Virus record (IMG/VR): IMGVR_UViG_3300046779_001880
Span: 1 to 38,832 of that record
DNA: 38,832 nt
Strand: one strand, 5' to 3'
From: a virus
Lineage: Duplodnaviria > Caudoviricetes
Shown in pieces: positions 1-8,692 of the stretch; position 1 is the stretch's first letter, and each line of letters begins with the position of its first letter. Below the pieces are notes generated by a model that was given only the letters and a program-made list of their open reading frames with translations, did no database searches and was not told the DNA's origin. A program made the translations under genes and the position numbers.

Positions 1-127
1 TGTCCATAGGATAGTGCTGTGTTATGTTAGGAAGGCAGTCAAGGATTTGTCTTACATCCTCACTCTGGTGAGATATACCATCGTGGGCATAGTCATTGTC
101 CCTCCCTGAAGCACAGAGGATGACGGG
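1..127. repeat. Terminal direct repeat (identical to 38706-38832); circular assembly overlap
   Basis: tgtccatagg...gatgacggg is identical at both ends; 127 bp matches a common assembler k-mer; an ORF reads through the junction. Confidence 0.95.
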
Positions 128-403
128 GATATTCTCTGCGTTGATATATGTCCGGAGTGTCTCGAACGGTCTGTATATAAGGAAGTTTGTTATGGAGTAG
201 ACAAAAGGTTTCTTCCCTGACAATGCAAGACCTACTGCTATATCTAACATAGCCTGCTCAGAAGCTCCACAGTTTCTAAACCTGCTCGGATAATCTATAC
301 GTATTTGGTCAAATCCGCCATACCCCAAGTCACCAGTGAGCGCAAAGATATCAGTGTCTAGCGTCATGGCCTTGTGGAGCTCTTTGAAAAAGGTGCGTCT
401 CAT
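1..403 (-). CDS. Transketolase-like pyrimidine-binding subunit (5' part; continues across the junction to 38632; 158 aa total)
   Basis: Manual translation: MRRTFFKELHKAMTLDTDIFALTGDLGYGGFDQIRIDYPSRFRNCGASEQAMLDIAVGLALSGKKPFVYSITNFL..RPFE..YAHDGISH; GxxEQxM..AxGLA motif; ATG overlaps the upstream TGA; missed by the ORF track. Confidence 0.9.
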   Translation of the reverse strand, partial: MRRTFFKELHKAMTLDTDIFALTGDLGYGGFDQIRIDYPSRFRNCGASEQAMLDIAVGLALSGKKPFVYSITNFLIYRPFETLRTYINAENIPVILCASGRDNDYAHDGISHQSEDVRQILDCLPNITQHYPMD

Positions 404-1014
404 TGTATTACCTCCATATATTGTTCTTCGGTCATAATGTGATAATGAGCCCGTAGCCCCTGTAACCAGTCGGGGTAGGCATAGAGATTTGTTCGCACTG
501 TTAGTGTTGGATAGAATGAGTTGATACGGTTATCAAGATCTGTTATATCTACTTCGTCATAGGCAGAATAGCCATTGGCTATCAGTGATATGCGGATATT
601 CTCCATCTGAAACTTCCTTGCTATCGCAAGTGCCTCCCAAACTGACCCCTCCGCACAGTCACCGTCTGAGGTTACGATATATACGTTTCTATTCTTGTTA
701 GCCATAGCCATACCCACCCCGATAGCAACCCCGTGTCCTAGTGAGCCTGTAGAACACCAGATACCATGATCCATATCACGATTAGGATGTACGCCATGTT
801 TCTCTAAGAGCTCCTCAGCGTTGTGTTCTTCATATTTCTCAAGCACTACATATAGCGCAAGTCCCGCATGTCCGTTAGATAAGATAAGTGGTTCGTCTTT
901 CTTTTTGATGGAGTAGATTTTGTCTAAGGTATTAACGGTTGATAGACAGCTTCCGATGTGGGAGAGCTTGTGTTTATAAGACAAGTCAATGATCCTTTTT
1001 TCCAGTTGATTCAT
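400..1014 (-). CDS. Transketolase-like N-terminal (TPP-binding) subunit
   Basis: SHIGSCLS, LSNGHAG, STGSLGHG, SDGDCAEGSVWEA...N TPP-binding motif. Confidence 0.9.
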   Translation of the reverse strand: MNQLEKRIIDLSYKHKLSHIGSCLSTVNTLDKIYSIKKKDEPLILSNGHAGLALYVVLEKYEEHNAEELLEKHGVHPNRDMDHGIWCSTGSLGHGVAIGVGMAMANKNRNVYIVTSDGDCAEGSVWEALAIARKFQMENIRISLIANGYSAYDEVDITDLDNRINSFYPTLTVRTNLYAYPDWLQGLRAHYHIMTEEQYMEVIQ

Positions 1015-1208
1015 ATTAAAACTATTCTTAAATCATAAAATCTTCCCATCTCTCCTTTAATCAATTTGCTGATCGGTATGCCGTAGTTTGGTTGAGCTAC
1101 ACTGATGAAAACATCCGATTTTGTTATCTTCTTGATGATCGAATTTCTCTTACTAACGAACACAACCTTCAACCTCTTATTCAGATAGTCGTATATGTTC
1201 TTATTCAT
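1011..1208 (-). CDS. Small hypothetical protein
   Basis: 65 aa ORF overlapping both neighbours. Confidence 0.55.
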   Translation of the reverse strand: MNKNIYDYLNKRLKVVFVSKRNSIIKKITKSDVFISVAQPNYGIPISKLIKGEMGRFYDLRIVLI

Positions 1209-1965
1209 AAGCGTTTACCATCTCGGTAATTGAAACTTCTAACGTCTTTTGAGGTAACCAGCCAAAACTTCTGGCTCTATAGTTTGTGGATATCCAATTT
1301 GTATTGTCATACTTTCTCATGGACTCTACTCTGTTTACATTGGCTTTCTTACCTGTCACCTTCTCCACAATGTCAAGCACCTGGTTATTGCTGTAACTTT
1401 TCCCACTTCCAACCTCAAATATCCCTCGTGCAGAGTTTTGTGACAGATTGACAATCGCAGATACTACATCGTCTACATCTATGAAATCATGCGTTGGATG
1501 TCCTACGAAGTTTATCTGTTCTCCGGTCATACAAGATCGGATAAGGGTTGGTATTAGGTGTTCTTGTTGCTCTCCCACACCTGTTATTGAATAGGGGCGA
1601 ATTATGCAGATAGGCTTATTATACCTCTCAAGATAGGCTAGTAAAACCTCCTCAGTAGCTCGTTTAGCTCGTGAATAAGAGGTTTGGACTTTTAGCTTAA
1701 CTGAGGAGGTGCTTATGAATATGAACGATTTGAAGTCATGTTGCACTGCTTGTTCAATAATATGAGCCACATCTAGCACGTTGGCCTTTATGGTTTCTTT
1801 CATGTCAGTCTGGTGAACAAGGTTTCCGTATGAAGCAAGATAGAAGAGGTTTTCAAAGTCTTTGAGCTTTGTGGCAGGGATATCTGCGTGGGGGATAGGA
1901 GTACATTTGACTCTTTTGCTGAGATGTTTCCCTAAGAAGCCATTGGCACCTAGTATGTAATTCAT
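1201..1965 (-). CDS. NAD-dependent NDP-sugar epimerase/dehydratase/reductase (extended SDR)
   Basis: GANGFLG Rossmann motif, FISTSS, YSRAK (YxxxK), HDFIDVDD, FEVGSG. Confidence 0.9.
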   Translation of the reverse strand: MNYILGANGFLGKHLSKRVKCTPIPHADIPATKLKDFENLFYLASYGNLVHQTDMKETIKANVLDVAHIIEQAVQHDFKSFIFISTSSVKLKVQTSYSRAKRATEEVLLAYLERYNKPICIIRPYSITGVGEQQEHLIPTLIRSCMTGEQINFVGHPTHDFIDVDDVVSAIVNLSQNSARGIFEVGSGKSYSNNQVLDIVEKVTGKKANVNRVESMRKYDNTNWISTNYRARSFGWLPQKTLEVSITEMVNAYE

Positions 1966-1988
1966 AAACCTAAATAAACCTAAATGTA

Positions 1989-2016
1989 ACTATATCACAC
2001 TCTAACTATATGTCAA
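1989..2016 (-). promoter_or_regulatory. Putative sigma70-type promoter for the sugar-modification cluster
   Basis: Minus strand TTGACA (2016-2011), 16 nt spacer ending TGa, then TATAGT (1994-1989). Confidence 0.6.
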
Positions 2017-2322
2017 AGCAGTCAGGTCAGTCGCCGTATTGTCAAAGTCCGCATTGCCATCTGCAAATGTTATGAGGGTTGTGCCCACAACCGAGCCATC
2101 TATCTTCTTGCACTGCCACTTTGCAGTGCCCTGTGCTGTGCCTGGTGCTGACTTTGCAACATATGTGACATCGCCAACCTTTGTTATTTTAAGATTGGTT
2201 GCCTTTGGTGGATCTGCTTGAGCCGTGCTTCCGTCAAATCCATAGTTTGTTATTGCAAGTGTATCTGATAGAGGGTCAAACACTTTCTCAAGCACTGTTT
2301 GTTCAGATATTCTGTCTGCCAT
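2002..2322 (-). CDS. Putative virion structural/decoration protein
   Basis: Downstream of MCP; Thr/Ala/Gly-rich beta-type sequence (TYVAKSAPG..KWQCKKI..ITFADGNADFD). Confidence 0.5.
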   Translation of the reverse strand: MADRISEQTVLEKVFDPLSDTLAITNYGFDGSTAQADPPKATNLKITKVGDVTYVAKSAPGTAQGTAKWQCKKIDGSVVGTTLITFADGNADFDNTATDLTALTYS

Positions 2323-2731
2323 ATTTTTGGTGATTTAATTTAATGTGGTCTGTTTTCTTGAGGAAGTCTATATATGCTGAGAGCTTCTCAATCTGCATAG
2401 TAACTCTTTCATTCTTATCTATACCACAGAGCTTATAAATGCTCTTGATTTTCTCTTTTACTGACTCCACATCATTTTTGAGCTCTCCTTGCTCTATTTT
2501 GTTTTTCAAGTAATTGTCTATCGTTCTTATATCATTATCAAATCCTCCAAACTTGTCTTGCCATGAGTCACCGAGTCCGAAATGTTCCACGAGATACGGG
2601 TGCTTAAACTCCTTTTCATACTCTGTATAAGGGGGCTGAACATCAGTATCTTGTGTTTGAACTCCGTCACCTTTTATCTGAGGTGCTGGGGGTGTATTTG
2701 CTGGTTGACTGCCTGTTCTATTTATACTCAC
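2303..2731 (-). CDS. Hypothetical protein (head module)
   Basis: 142 aa ORF coupled to neighbours. Confidence 0.7.
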   Translation of the reverse strand: MSINRTGSQPANTPPAPQIKGDGVQTQDTDVQPPYTEYEKEFKHPYLVEHFGLGDSWQDKFGGFDNDIRTIDNYLKNKIEQGELKNDVESVKEKIKSIYKLCGIDKNERVTMQIEKLSAYIDFLKKTDHIKLNHQKYGRQNI

Positions 2732-2939
2732 TTTTATTACGGATGTAGTAATGGATATCTTTTATCTCATCAATATCATTGTTCCTGTGTGCCCTAATCA
2801 GCGCCTCTCTCATGGATCTCACTCTGCCTGACTCATTTCTAATCTTTAATGCTGTTTCATAGATATTCCGCCTTGCAGAATCACTTCCTGCAAGTTTGTA
2901 TGCTTTTATAAGCTCTTGAATGTCGTACTCTCTGTCCAT
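2718..2939 (-). CDS. Hypothetical protein (likely start MDREYDIQ)
   Basis: In-frame ATG at 2939 after the MCP terminator; the longer ORF-track version overlaps MCP. Confidence 0.65.
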   Translation of the reverse strand: MDREYDIQELIKAYKLAGSDSARRNIYETALKIRNESGRVRSMREALIRAHRNNDIDEIKDIHYYIRNKSEYK

Positions 2940-2956
2940 AATCCTAAATAAACTAA

Positions 2957-2995
2957 TAAAACCTTGCGGGGGGCAGTGTGTACACCACCCCCCAC
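2957..2995 (-). terminator. Intrinsic terminator after the major capsid gene
   Basis: GTGGGGGGTGGTGT-AC-ACACTGCCCCCCGC hairpin (G-U pairs valid on the minus strand) followed by a U-rich tract. Confidence 0.65.
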
Positions 2996-3000
2996 TGAGA

Positions 3001-3921
3001 TTAACTCGTAGGAGTTTTAGCAACCACGATCCAGTTTGAATTAAGAATCTTTGTTGCATAACTACCTGCCCACGAAATCTTACTAATTCTTCCTGCTGGT
3101 GAACTTCCATCCACTATGTTTGGAAGAATGTAAAGTTTCGGCTTGTCACCTTCGAGCTCGTAGACTCCGAAAGCATCTCGGCCATGTACATACGTATTAA
3201 ACGCTGCAATGACTGAGGCTTCAGAGGCTGCACCCACGGCTGACGAGTAATCTTTGTTCAAGAGGAAGCGAACTTGATACAGTTCACCCATTTCCCCTTT
3301 GTAAAGACCTTTCACATCAGAGTAGGTTTTAGAGTTTACCCATGTCGTATCTCCCAAAAGTTGATACTTTGACTGTGGGGACGCTTTGCCCATAAAGTAA
3401 CCATCCTCGTAAGGAGCTGCTTGCGCAAGTTCCAGAGTTCGAGTCATACCTCGAATCATTGAGGAGGAGAAGGTATCAGACGCTGCATAGGTAGAGGTAT
3501 TCTTACCGTTTGCAAAGAACGCCGTACCATTGTCGAGCTCATTGCGGACAAGACGGTTAAGAGTCTCTCCCATGTTTTGCCCAACAAGCTGGATTTTCTC
3601 ACGCATACCAAAGTCAATACCCACAAGAGACAAGAACTTTGACACCTGAACGGTTTGACCGTATTCAGAGAGTGTCATTGATATTGTGCTAGCGGTGATA
3701 TTGCTTATAGAAGGATTTGAACCTTCGCCTAGAGGGGTAGTGTTAATCGTCAGAGGTGTGTATCTGGTGAAATTAACAGTTCTACCTTCTCCAGTCGAAT
3801 GGGTGCGCTTCTGACCACCTTCAGCAAGAACGAACTCGTATTCAGCCCTTTTAAGAAAGACTTTCTCGTAGTACGTTGCTACCTCAGGTGACAGAGTCGC
3901 GGTTGTGTTTAGATCTGCCAT
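3001..3921 (-). CDS. Major capsid protein (N4-gp56-like family)
   Basis: Position after scaffold; GRTVNFTRY, LGEGSNP, LSEYG, GLYKGEMGELYQVRF, GRDAFG motifs typical of this family. Confidence 0.85.
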   Translation of the reverse strand: MADLNTTATLSPEVATYYEKVFLKRAEYEFVLAEGGQKRTHSTGEGRTVNFTRYTPLTINTTPLGEGSNPSISNITASTISMTLSEYGQTVQVSKFLSLVGIDFGMREKIQLVGQNMGETLNRLVRNELDNGTAFFANGKNTSTYAASDTFSSSMIRGMTRTLELAQAAPYEDGYFMGKASPQSKYQLLGDTTWVNSKTYSDVKGLYKGEMGELYQVRFLLNKDYSSAVGAASEASVIAAFNTYVHGRDAFGVYELEGDKPKLYILPNIVDGSSPAGRISKISWAGSYATKILNSNWIVVAKTPTS

Positions 3922-3924
3922 TGA

Positions 3925-4653
3925 CTAGTGTACAATTTCTAATTCTGCTTCCATCTCCTCAAGTGTTTTTTCTTGAAAAGACTTCCGAGCAGGTTTTACA
4001 GTGCTGGGTCTGAGAGCTTCGTCATTCACCTGTTGGGTGAGGACTTTCTTCTCTTCTCCAATGGCTTTCTCAGCCACTTTGCGGTATGGTTTGAGGTACT
4101 TTTCAGTCAGTTTTTTTACTGACTGTGTTGGATCTCTTTGAACTTCCAAAAGTACCGCACTAGTGACCGCTTCGTTAATGTCAGCGTCAAATTTGTCGCT
4201 ATTTACATCAAGTTCCGGATGTGCCTGAAGTACCTCACTTGCCTCAAGGTTAATCCTTGATATAGTGCGTTCCTTCTCGACTTCAAGACGTGCAATGGTT
4301 CGCAGGTCGTCAATCGTTAGCTCTCGTTCCCCGCCAGAGCTTTCACCCTGTGCTGGTTGGTATGGTGGGCTAATGCCCGCAGGTTGCACTGCTGTTAGTT
4401 CCGCTAGCTTAGACTGCAAACTTTGAGCCTGTTGACGTGCTTGGTCACGCTCATCTACTAACTTGTGTATGCGCTTCTCTGCGCCTGACACTTTCTTCTC
4501 ACCTTCTGCTTCGGTTTCCTCGGTAGATTTTTCAGTTTTCTCTGGTTGTACCGACTCATCCTGAACTTCTGGTGCGTTTGTTTCACTAGGTGGCGTTTCT
4601 AGTGAGCTGTTTTCCTCAGCTCGTGCATTTATCGCCTTGGCTTCTTCATCCAT
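3925..4653 (-). CDS. Capsid scaffolding protein (likely start MDEEAK)
   Basis: Acidic disordered N-terminus, coiled coil AEKRIHKL, C-terminal KTLEEMEAEL; directly upstream of MCP. Confidence 0.75.
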   Translation of the reverse strand: MDEEAKAINARAEENSSLETPPSETNAPEVQDESVQPEKTEKSTEETEAEGEKKVSGAEKRIHKLVDERDQARQQAQSLQSKLAELTAVQPAGISPPYQPAQGESSGGERELTIDDLRTIARLEVEKERTISRINLEASEVLQAHPELDVNSDKFDADINEAVTSAVLLEVQRDPTQSVKKLTEKYLKPYRKVAEKAIGEEKKVLTQQVNDEALRPSTVKPARKSFQEKTLEEMEAELEIVH

Positions 4654-4716
4654 GCGGATTTTAGAATTGTTAATCAGAGCGTTACGTTGCCCAGCCATAC
4701 GCAAGTGCTTTAGAAC

Positions 4717-4929
4717 CTAAAGCATTTGCCTTGACTTCACAATCGGTTTTCCGTTGTCATCCTCGCCCACCATTATCTTATCCATCCCTATCCAGACTGC
4801 ATGTTGAATCTCACAGCTTGTGCATATCAGGTATGGTCCTCTTTGCCTATATTTGCAAAAGGCACCAGGAGAGAACTCATATTCTTTCCTAAGAACTTCC
4901 CCCTCATCCTCAATCTTCTGCTCTTCCAT
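4717..4929 (-). CDS. Small Cys/His-containing protein
   Basis: QRGPYLICTSCEIQH; likely start MEEQK. Confidence 0.6.
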   Translation of the reverse strand: MEEQKIEDEGEVLRKEYEFSPGAFCKYRQRGPYLICTSCEIQHAVWIGMDKIMVGEDDNGKPIVKSRQML

Positions 4930-5233
4930 TTTTAATCTGCTCAACTGCTAAAGCGGTATCCTCCACCTTACTTATAATCGAGTCCAAAAGGTCTTTTCCA
5001 AGCACTGCGAAGAGCGCATCTGTTTTGATTTGCGTATCACTCACACTCTCTAAAACAGATTTTGATAGTCTCCTATCGAGTCCAATCTTCAGGCTTTCAA
5101 TGTGCTGACGTAGCACTTTCCATCCTTTTGAGTTAGAAAGCGTTAACATCATCTGATCCTCAGAATCCACACGCTTGTCTTTCTTCTCGTGCCATATATC
5201 CATAACCGTATCAACCGCTACTGGCTTGAGCAT
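4910..5233 (-). CDS. Hypothetical helical protein between portal and scaffold
   Basis: 107 aa; LSNSKGWKVL motif; position typical of podovirus head modules. Confidence 0.7.
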   Translation of the reverse strand: MLKPVAVDTVMDIWHEKKDKRVDSEDQMMLTLSNSKGWKVLRQHIESLKIGLDRRLSKSVLESVSDTQIKTDALFAVLGKDLLDSIISKVEDTALAVEQIKNGRAED

Positions 5234-5249
5234 AAACCTAAAAAAACTA

Positions 5250-7091
5250 TTAACCTTGTTGCATCTGTCCTACCATCTGCTGAAACTGTTGCATATTCTG
5301 TTGAACCACTGCCTCTTCATCTTGTGGCTGTGGTGGTATCTGTGTCATTCCCTGTTCACCCTGCATTCCTTGAACCATCTGCATAAACTGTTCATTAGCT
5401 TGATTAATTATCTGTTGGTCCTGTTCTGCACCTGGGGTGTCTTTCTCTTGCGTGATTATCATCTCATCCCAGTTCTCTGTGTTTTTAGATAGTATCCCTG
5501 TAAGTATCTTAGTAAAGTTAATAGTTGTGCCCTCTTTCTCAAGCCTCTGCTCAACGTATGGTCCCACTTGGGGATTTGAAAGCCATGCGAATGTCTGTTG
5601 TAGGTTCTCCAACTGTTTCTGTTGATCTGTGGCAAATGATGAACCACTCACAAACTCATAGTCATAGAGTACTGAGCCTGTCTTGGATTTGTTTATTTTT
5701 AGCTTTCCTGTCGTCTCATCATACATCTCTGCCATATCAGGATATTGGTCTGCCAGCTTTCTTATCTCTGGTGCAAACATGCGTATCTGGACTGCCGATG
5801 ACTGCTTCTTGCTCATCATGTTGATGAATTTCTTATTGACTTGTCCCATGTATAAATCCACATAGAACTTATCCCAATTATCCCGTGCATTCATCCGTGC
5901 TGACTGTTGCTTCAATGCTTCGGGAGTCTTACCAAAATTCGAGTCCACCGTCTCAGACACTGTGGTGTCAGTTGTGCCGAATAGGTTAAGGAGTGAGGCG
6001 TTTGCAAGTCCGTACACCGCTTGGTGCGTTTGTATGCCTTGTGGTGAGAGTTGCAGAGCTTGGGCTACGTTGTTGATGTTGCCTCTTACAAGCCAGTTAG
6101 CACCTGCCTGACGCTTGATAGTTGACTTGATGACCGCGTCTTGGTTGATAACGACTGGAGGAAAAAGTGACATCTCAGCGCTTGCTAATGCAAGGTTCCA
6201 AGAACTATTGAGCGCATATGCCATTGTCTTAGCTCTCTCAGTGTCCCCGAGTGCCATAAAATCATCAGCGAGAGGAATACCATACTTGTTAACCACCGGA
6301 AGCTCACCATCGTCATTTGGATTCTTTTGGTCTTTGATAATCTCGTAATCGACCTCTGGTACCGCATATGACCATCTATCTCTCTCAAACATCATCAGCA
6401 CCTCGTGGTACCCTGCTTTTTTGTTCGCATTTGAGTTTGGATACTCATTTGACTCACGTATGGTCTTTTGGTCGTCATCTCGTGACTGCTTATTGCCCGA
6501 CCTCTTTTTAAGCTGGGTGATAACCTTGTCTATATTCTTATATCCCTGTTGTGGTTTAAGTGACTCAAAAAATGAGATGGGTCGGTAGGTTCGTATGAGG
6601 ATTTTATCTGAGTCATCAAGTGAGACTGCTCCGACCTGTGGGAAGACGTTTCTGATGTCTAGAAGCCACATGTCTGGTCCAACATAACCATTGCGCTTAA
6701 CATCCCAGTCGATAAGTGCAAAGGAGTTGCCATATATCTTACTGTTGCGGTGCATCATCCTATGTTTGACTATAAGAGGAAACTGAGCATTTGCGTTTGG
6801 GATAATGTATTTGTCAAGAATGAGGTTCATGAGCGCTGCAGATCCTTGGTCGTTCTTGCTGATAGCTTTAACCTTTCCGACTCCGGTGGTAGCCATAACC
6901 CGTGCTTCTGACTCCAAAATCATTGTAGATACTTTGTGGTCAAAGACTCTGTTTCTTGTCCTATTTGAAATACTATCTGAAAGTATGCCGAAGAATAACT
7001 TTTCAACCATGTCGAACTTATCTCGCTTCTGTATCAAGTAATCATCAGACTCTCTGTGGAAGTCTCGTATGCTTGAAGATAGACTATTCAT
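5250..7091 (-). CDS. Portal protein
   Basis: 613 aa after terL; KTPEALKQQ motif and Gln-rich C-terminal tail as in P22-like portals. Confidence 0.8.
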   Translation of the reverse strand: MNSLSSSIRDFHRESDDYLIQKRDKFDMVEKLFFGILSDSISNRTRNRVFDHKVSTMILESEARVMATTGVGKVKAISKNDQGSAALMNLILDKYIIPNANAQFPLIVKHRMMHRNSKIYGNSFALIDWDVKRNGYVGPDMWLLDIRNVFPQVGAVSLDDSDKILIRTYRPISFFESLKPQQGYKNIDKVITQLKKRSGNKQSRDDDQKTIRESNEYPNSNANKKAGYHEVLMMFERDRWSYAVPEVDYEIIKDQKNPNDDGELPVVNKYGIPLADDFMALGDTERAKTMAYALNSSWNLALASAEMSLFPPVVINQDAVIKSTIKRQAGANWLVRGNINNVAQALQLSPQGIQTHQAVYGLANASLLNLFGTTDTTVSETVDSNFGKTPEALKQQSARMNARDNWDKFYVDLYMGQVNKKFINMMSKKQSSAVQIRMFAPEIRKLADQYPDMAEMYDETTGKLKINKSKTGSVLYDYEFVSGSSFATDQQKQLENLQQTFAWLSNPQVGPYVEQRLEKEGTTINFTKILTGILSKNTENWDEMIITQEKDTPGAEQDQQIINQANEQFMQMVQGMQGEQGMTQIPPQPQDEEAVVQQNMQQFQQMVGQMQQG

Positions 7092-7095
7092 AGAT

Positions 7096-7122
7096 AAAAA
7101 AAAAGACTCCCTCGTGGGAGTC
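7096..7122 (-). terminator. Terminator-like hairpin in the portal leader
   Basis: GACTCCC-ACGA-GGGAGTC followed by T9, 4 nt before the portal ATG. Confidence 0.75.
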
Positions 7123-7155
7123 GTAAATGCTTGTTATACATTCAAAGACTAACAA

Positions 7156-7183
7156 AGACTATCATATCTGCAAACTGTGTCAA
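7156..7183 (-). promoter_or_regulatory. Putative promoter upstream of the portal leader
   Basis: TTGACA, 16 nt, TGa-TAGTCT. Confidence 0.45.
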
Positions 7184-7186
7184 GGG

Positions 7187-7354
7187 CTACTTGTATTTAA
7201 TGCGTCTTGACTTGCTAACCTTGAGTGTTTTGATTTCAGGCTCTCCATTCTCTTTAATCCATACAGTGTAGGAACAGGTGCCATACCGCAAGGTCTGGGC
7301 ATCCTTCTCAACGATCATGTGGAGTAGGTTCTTGCTTTGGCTCAAGGTTTTCAT
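7187..7354 (-). CDS. Small basic protein, YezD/DUF2292-like
   Basis: LRYGTCSYTVWIKENGEP...KSRRIKY resembles the YGsv.i.v.dG...ek.r pattern (by eye). Confidence 0.45.
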   Translation of the reverse strand: MKTLSQSKNLLHMIVEKDAQTLRYGTCSYTVWIKENGEPEIKTLKVSKSRRIKYK

Positions 7355-7511
7355 AGGTAACATATTCCCTGGTAACAAAGTCTACTATGTTTCCGTTACT
7401 ACACCGTATCTCAAAGTGAAACCATGTATTTTGGTGACGCAATAGTTCTTTCTCTATATCAATATGAGCTTGTTTGTTATGGTCTGGTATGGACAAATTG
7501 GTTATCATCAA
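7308..7511 (-). CDS. Small protein, possibly YezD/DUF2292-like
   Basis: Helix then FHFEIRCSNGNIVDFVTRE beta-hairpin pattern; coupled to the terL stop. Confidence 0.4.
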   Translation of the reverse strand: MMITNLSIPDHNKQAHIDIEKELLRHQNTWFHFEIRCSNGNIVDFVTREYVTYENLEPKQEPTPHDR

Positions 7512-8692
7512 GTGTACATACCCGTGTCAGAATCAAACAGGTGTTCCTCGGGCAGTCTGTCTGTCGGGTCCTCAATGACTCTGAAACTGTTAACGGCATA
7601 GCGTATGGCATCCATACTATGATTATATATAGGTGACGGCTCGTTTATAATCTTACCATCCTTATCGGTGAGCCAGAGATAGTTACGATATTCTTTGATT
7701 ATGTTTATGCTTCGTTTCGTTATACTGCATCTTTGCTCTTGAACATATTGAATCCCTTGGAGAATAGAATCAGCACCTTTCTTTGCAGGAAGTATTGAGA
7801 TTCCGTACGACATAATTTCATCAATACTTTTCGGCTCTGCTGAGTCTGCGATGGTCAAAGCTTTTTTAGTCTGGTTTTGCAGTATGTCTGCGATCTGCTT
7901 GTTTGATAATCCTTTCTGATAGGTTATCTCATCAAATATGAGTCCTCCGTTATATTTATAGACTGCCACTAGTGCTGTCGGATCATTGGAGTACCCGAAA
8001 TCAAGCCCATATCGCTCTAGGTGGGCTTCGTGGGGGATAGTGTCTACTATCTGCCATTCCTTATATATTCTGCTCTCAACCTCTCCTAGCTGTCCCAATC
8101 CATATACTAACCACCAGTTCTTGTTGTCTTTACGTCTTTCTATAGACTCTATAACCGATGGTTGCAGCCCCTCATTATCCTTGTATGTGAGTATCTCAAA
8201 ATCTACGTCACTTCTTTTCATTACATCTGTATAGAACCAGAACTCGTTGGTCGGATTCCAGTCCAACCATATCTCGCTCTCTGTTCTAATCTCAAGCTGA
8301 TCGAATGTCTCGTGTGGAATATTGTTTGCTTCGTTTATAAACAATCGTTGTCGTCTTGGTCCCCTTACCTTATGTGGCATATCTAGTGAAAAGAACTCTA
8401 TCTTTGAACCTGTGGGGAAGGTATAGGTATAGTCTGACTTGTTCCATCTATTAGGATCAAAGTAGTTGTGTTGCTCCATGATCTGTAGAAAGTCTCGCAT
8501 CGCTCCACGCTTTAAATGTGGCATTGATTCTGAAGTTATAGAAGTAAGAGTCGGCGTTGTATCGCTCTGCGCCTTATCCATGAGGATTTGGATTATTGAG
8601 ATTGTTTTACCTGCTGATGCTCCACCGGCAATACCTTTAATTCTCTTGCGGAGTTTCATCAGGCGCTTCGTTGCTGTTGTGAGTATGAACAT
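7508..8692 (-). CDS. terL: Terminase large subunit (PBSX/SPP1-like)
   Basis: Walker A GGASAGKT, Walker B LFINEAN, DWNP, nuclease GLDFGYSNDPTA, DSAEPKSI, NHSMDAIRY. Confidence 0.95.
   Translation of the reverse strand: MFILTTATKRLMKLRKRIKGIAGGASAGKTISIIQILMDKAQSDTTPTLTSITSESMPHLKRGAMRDFLQIMEQHNYFDPNRWNKSDYTYTFPTGSKIEFFSLDMPHKVRGPRRQRLFINEANNIPHETFDQLEIRTESEIWLDWNPTNEFWFYTDVMKRSDVDFEILTYKDNEGLQPSVIESIERRKDNKNWWLVYGLGQLGEVESRIYKEWQIVDTIPHEAHLERYGLDFGYSNDPTALVAVYKYNGGLIFDEITYQKGLSNKQIADILQNQTKKALTIADSAEPKSIDEIMSYGISILPAKKGADSILQGIQYVQEQRCSITKRSINIIKEYRNYLWLTDKDGKIINEPSPIYNHSMDAIRYAVNSFRVIEDPTDRLPEEHLFDSDTGMYT

Noticed and set aside
1-1014. Pentose-phosphate auxiliary metabolic transketolase
   Set aside because: Split, truncated and embedded among NDP-sugar enzymes; context favours glycan biosynthesis
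4654-4716. Regulatory RNA before the scaffold gene (GGGCAACGTAACGCTC mini-hairpin)
   Set aside because: Stem too short to support without comparative data
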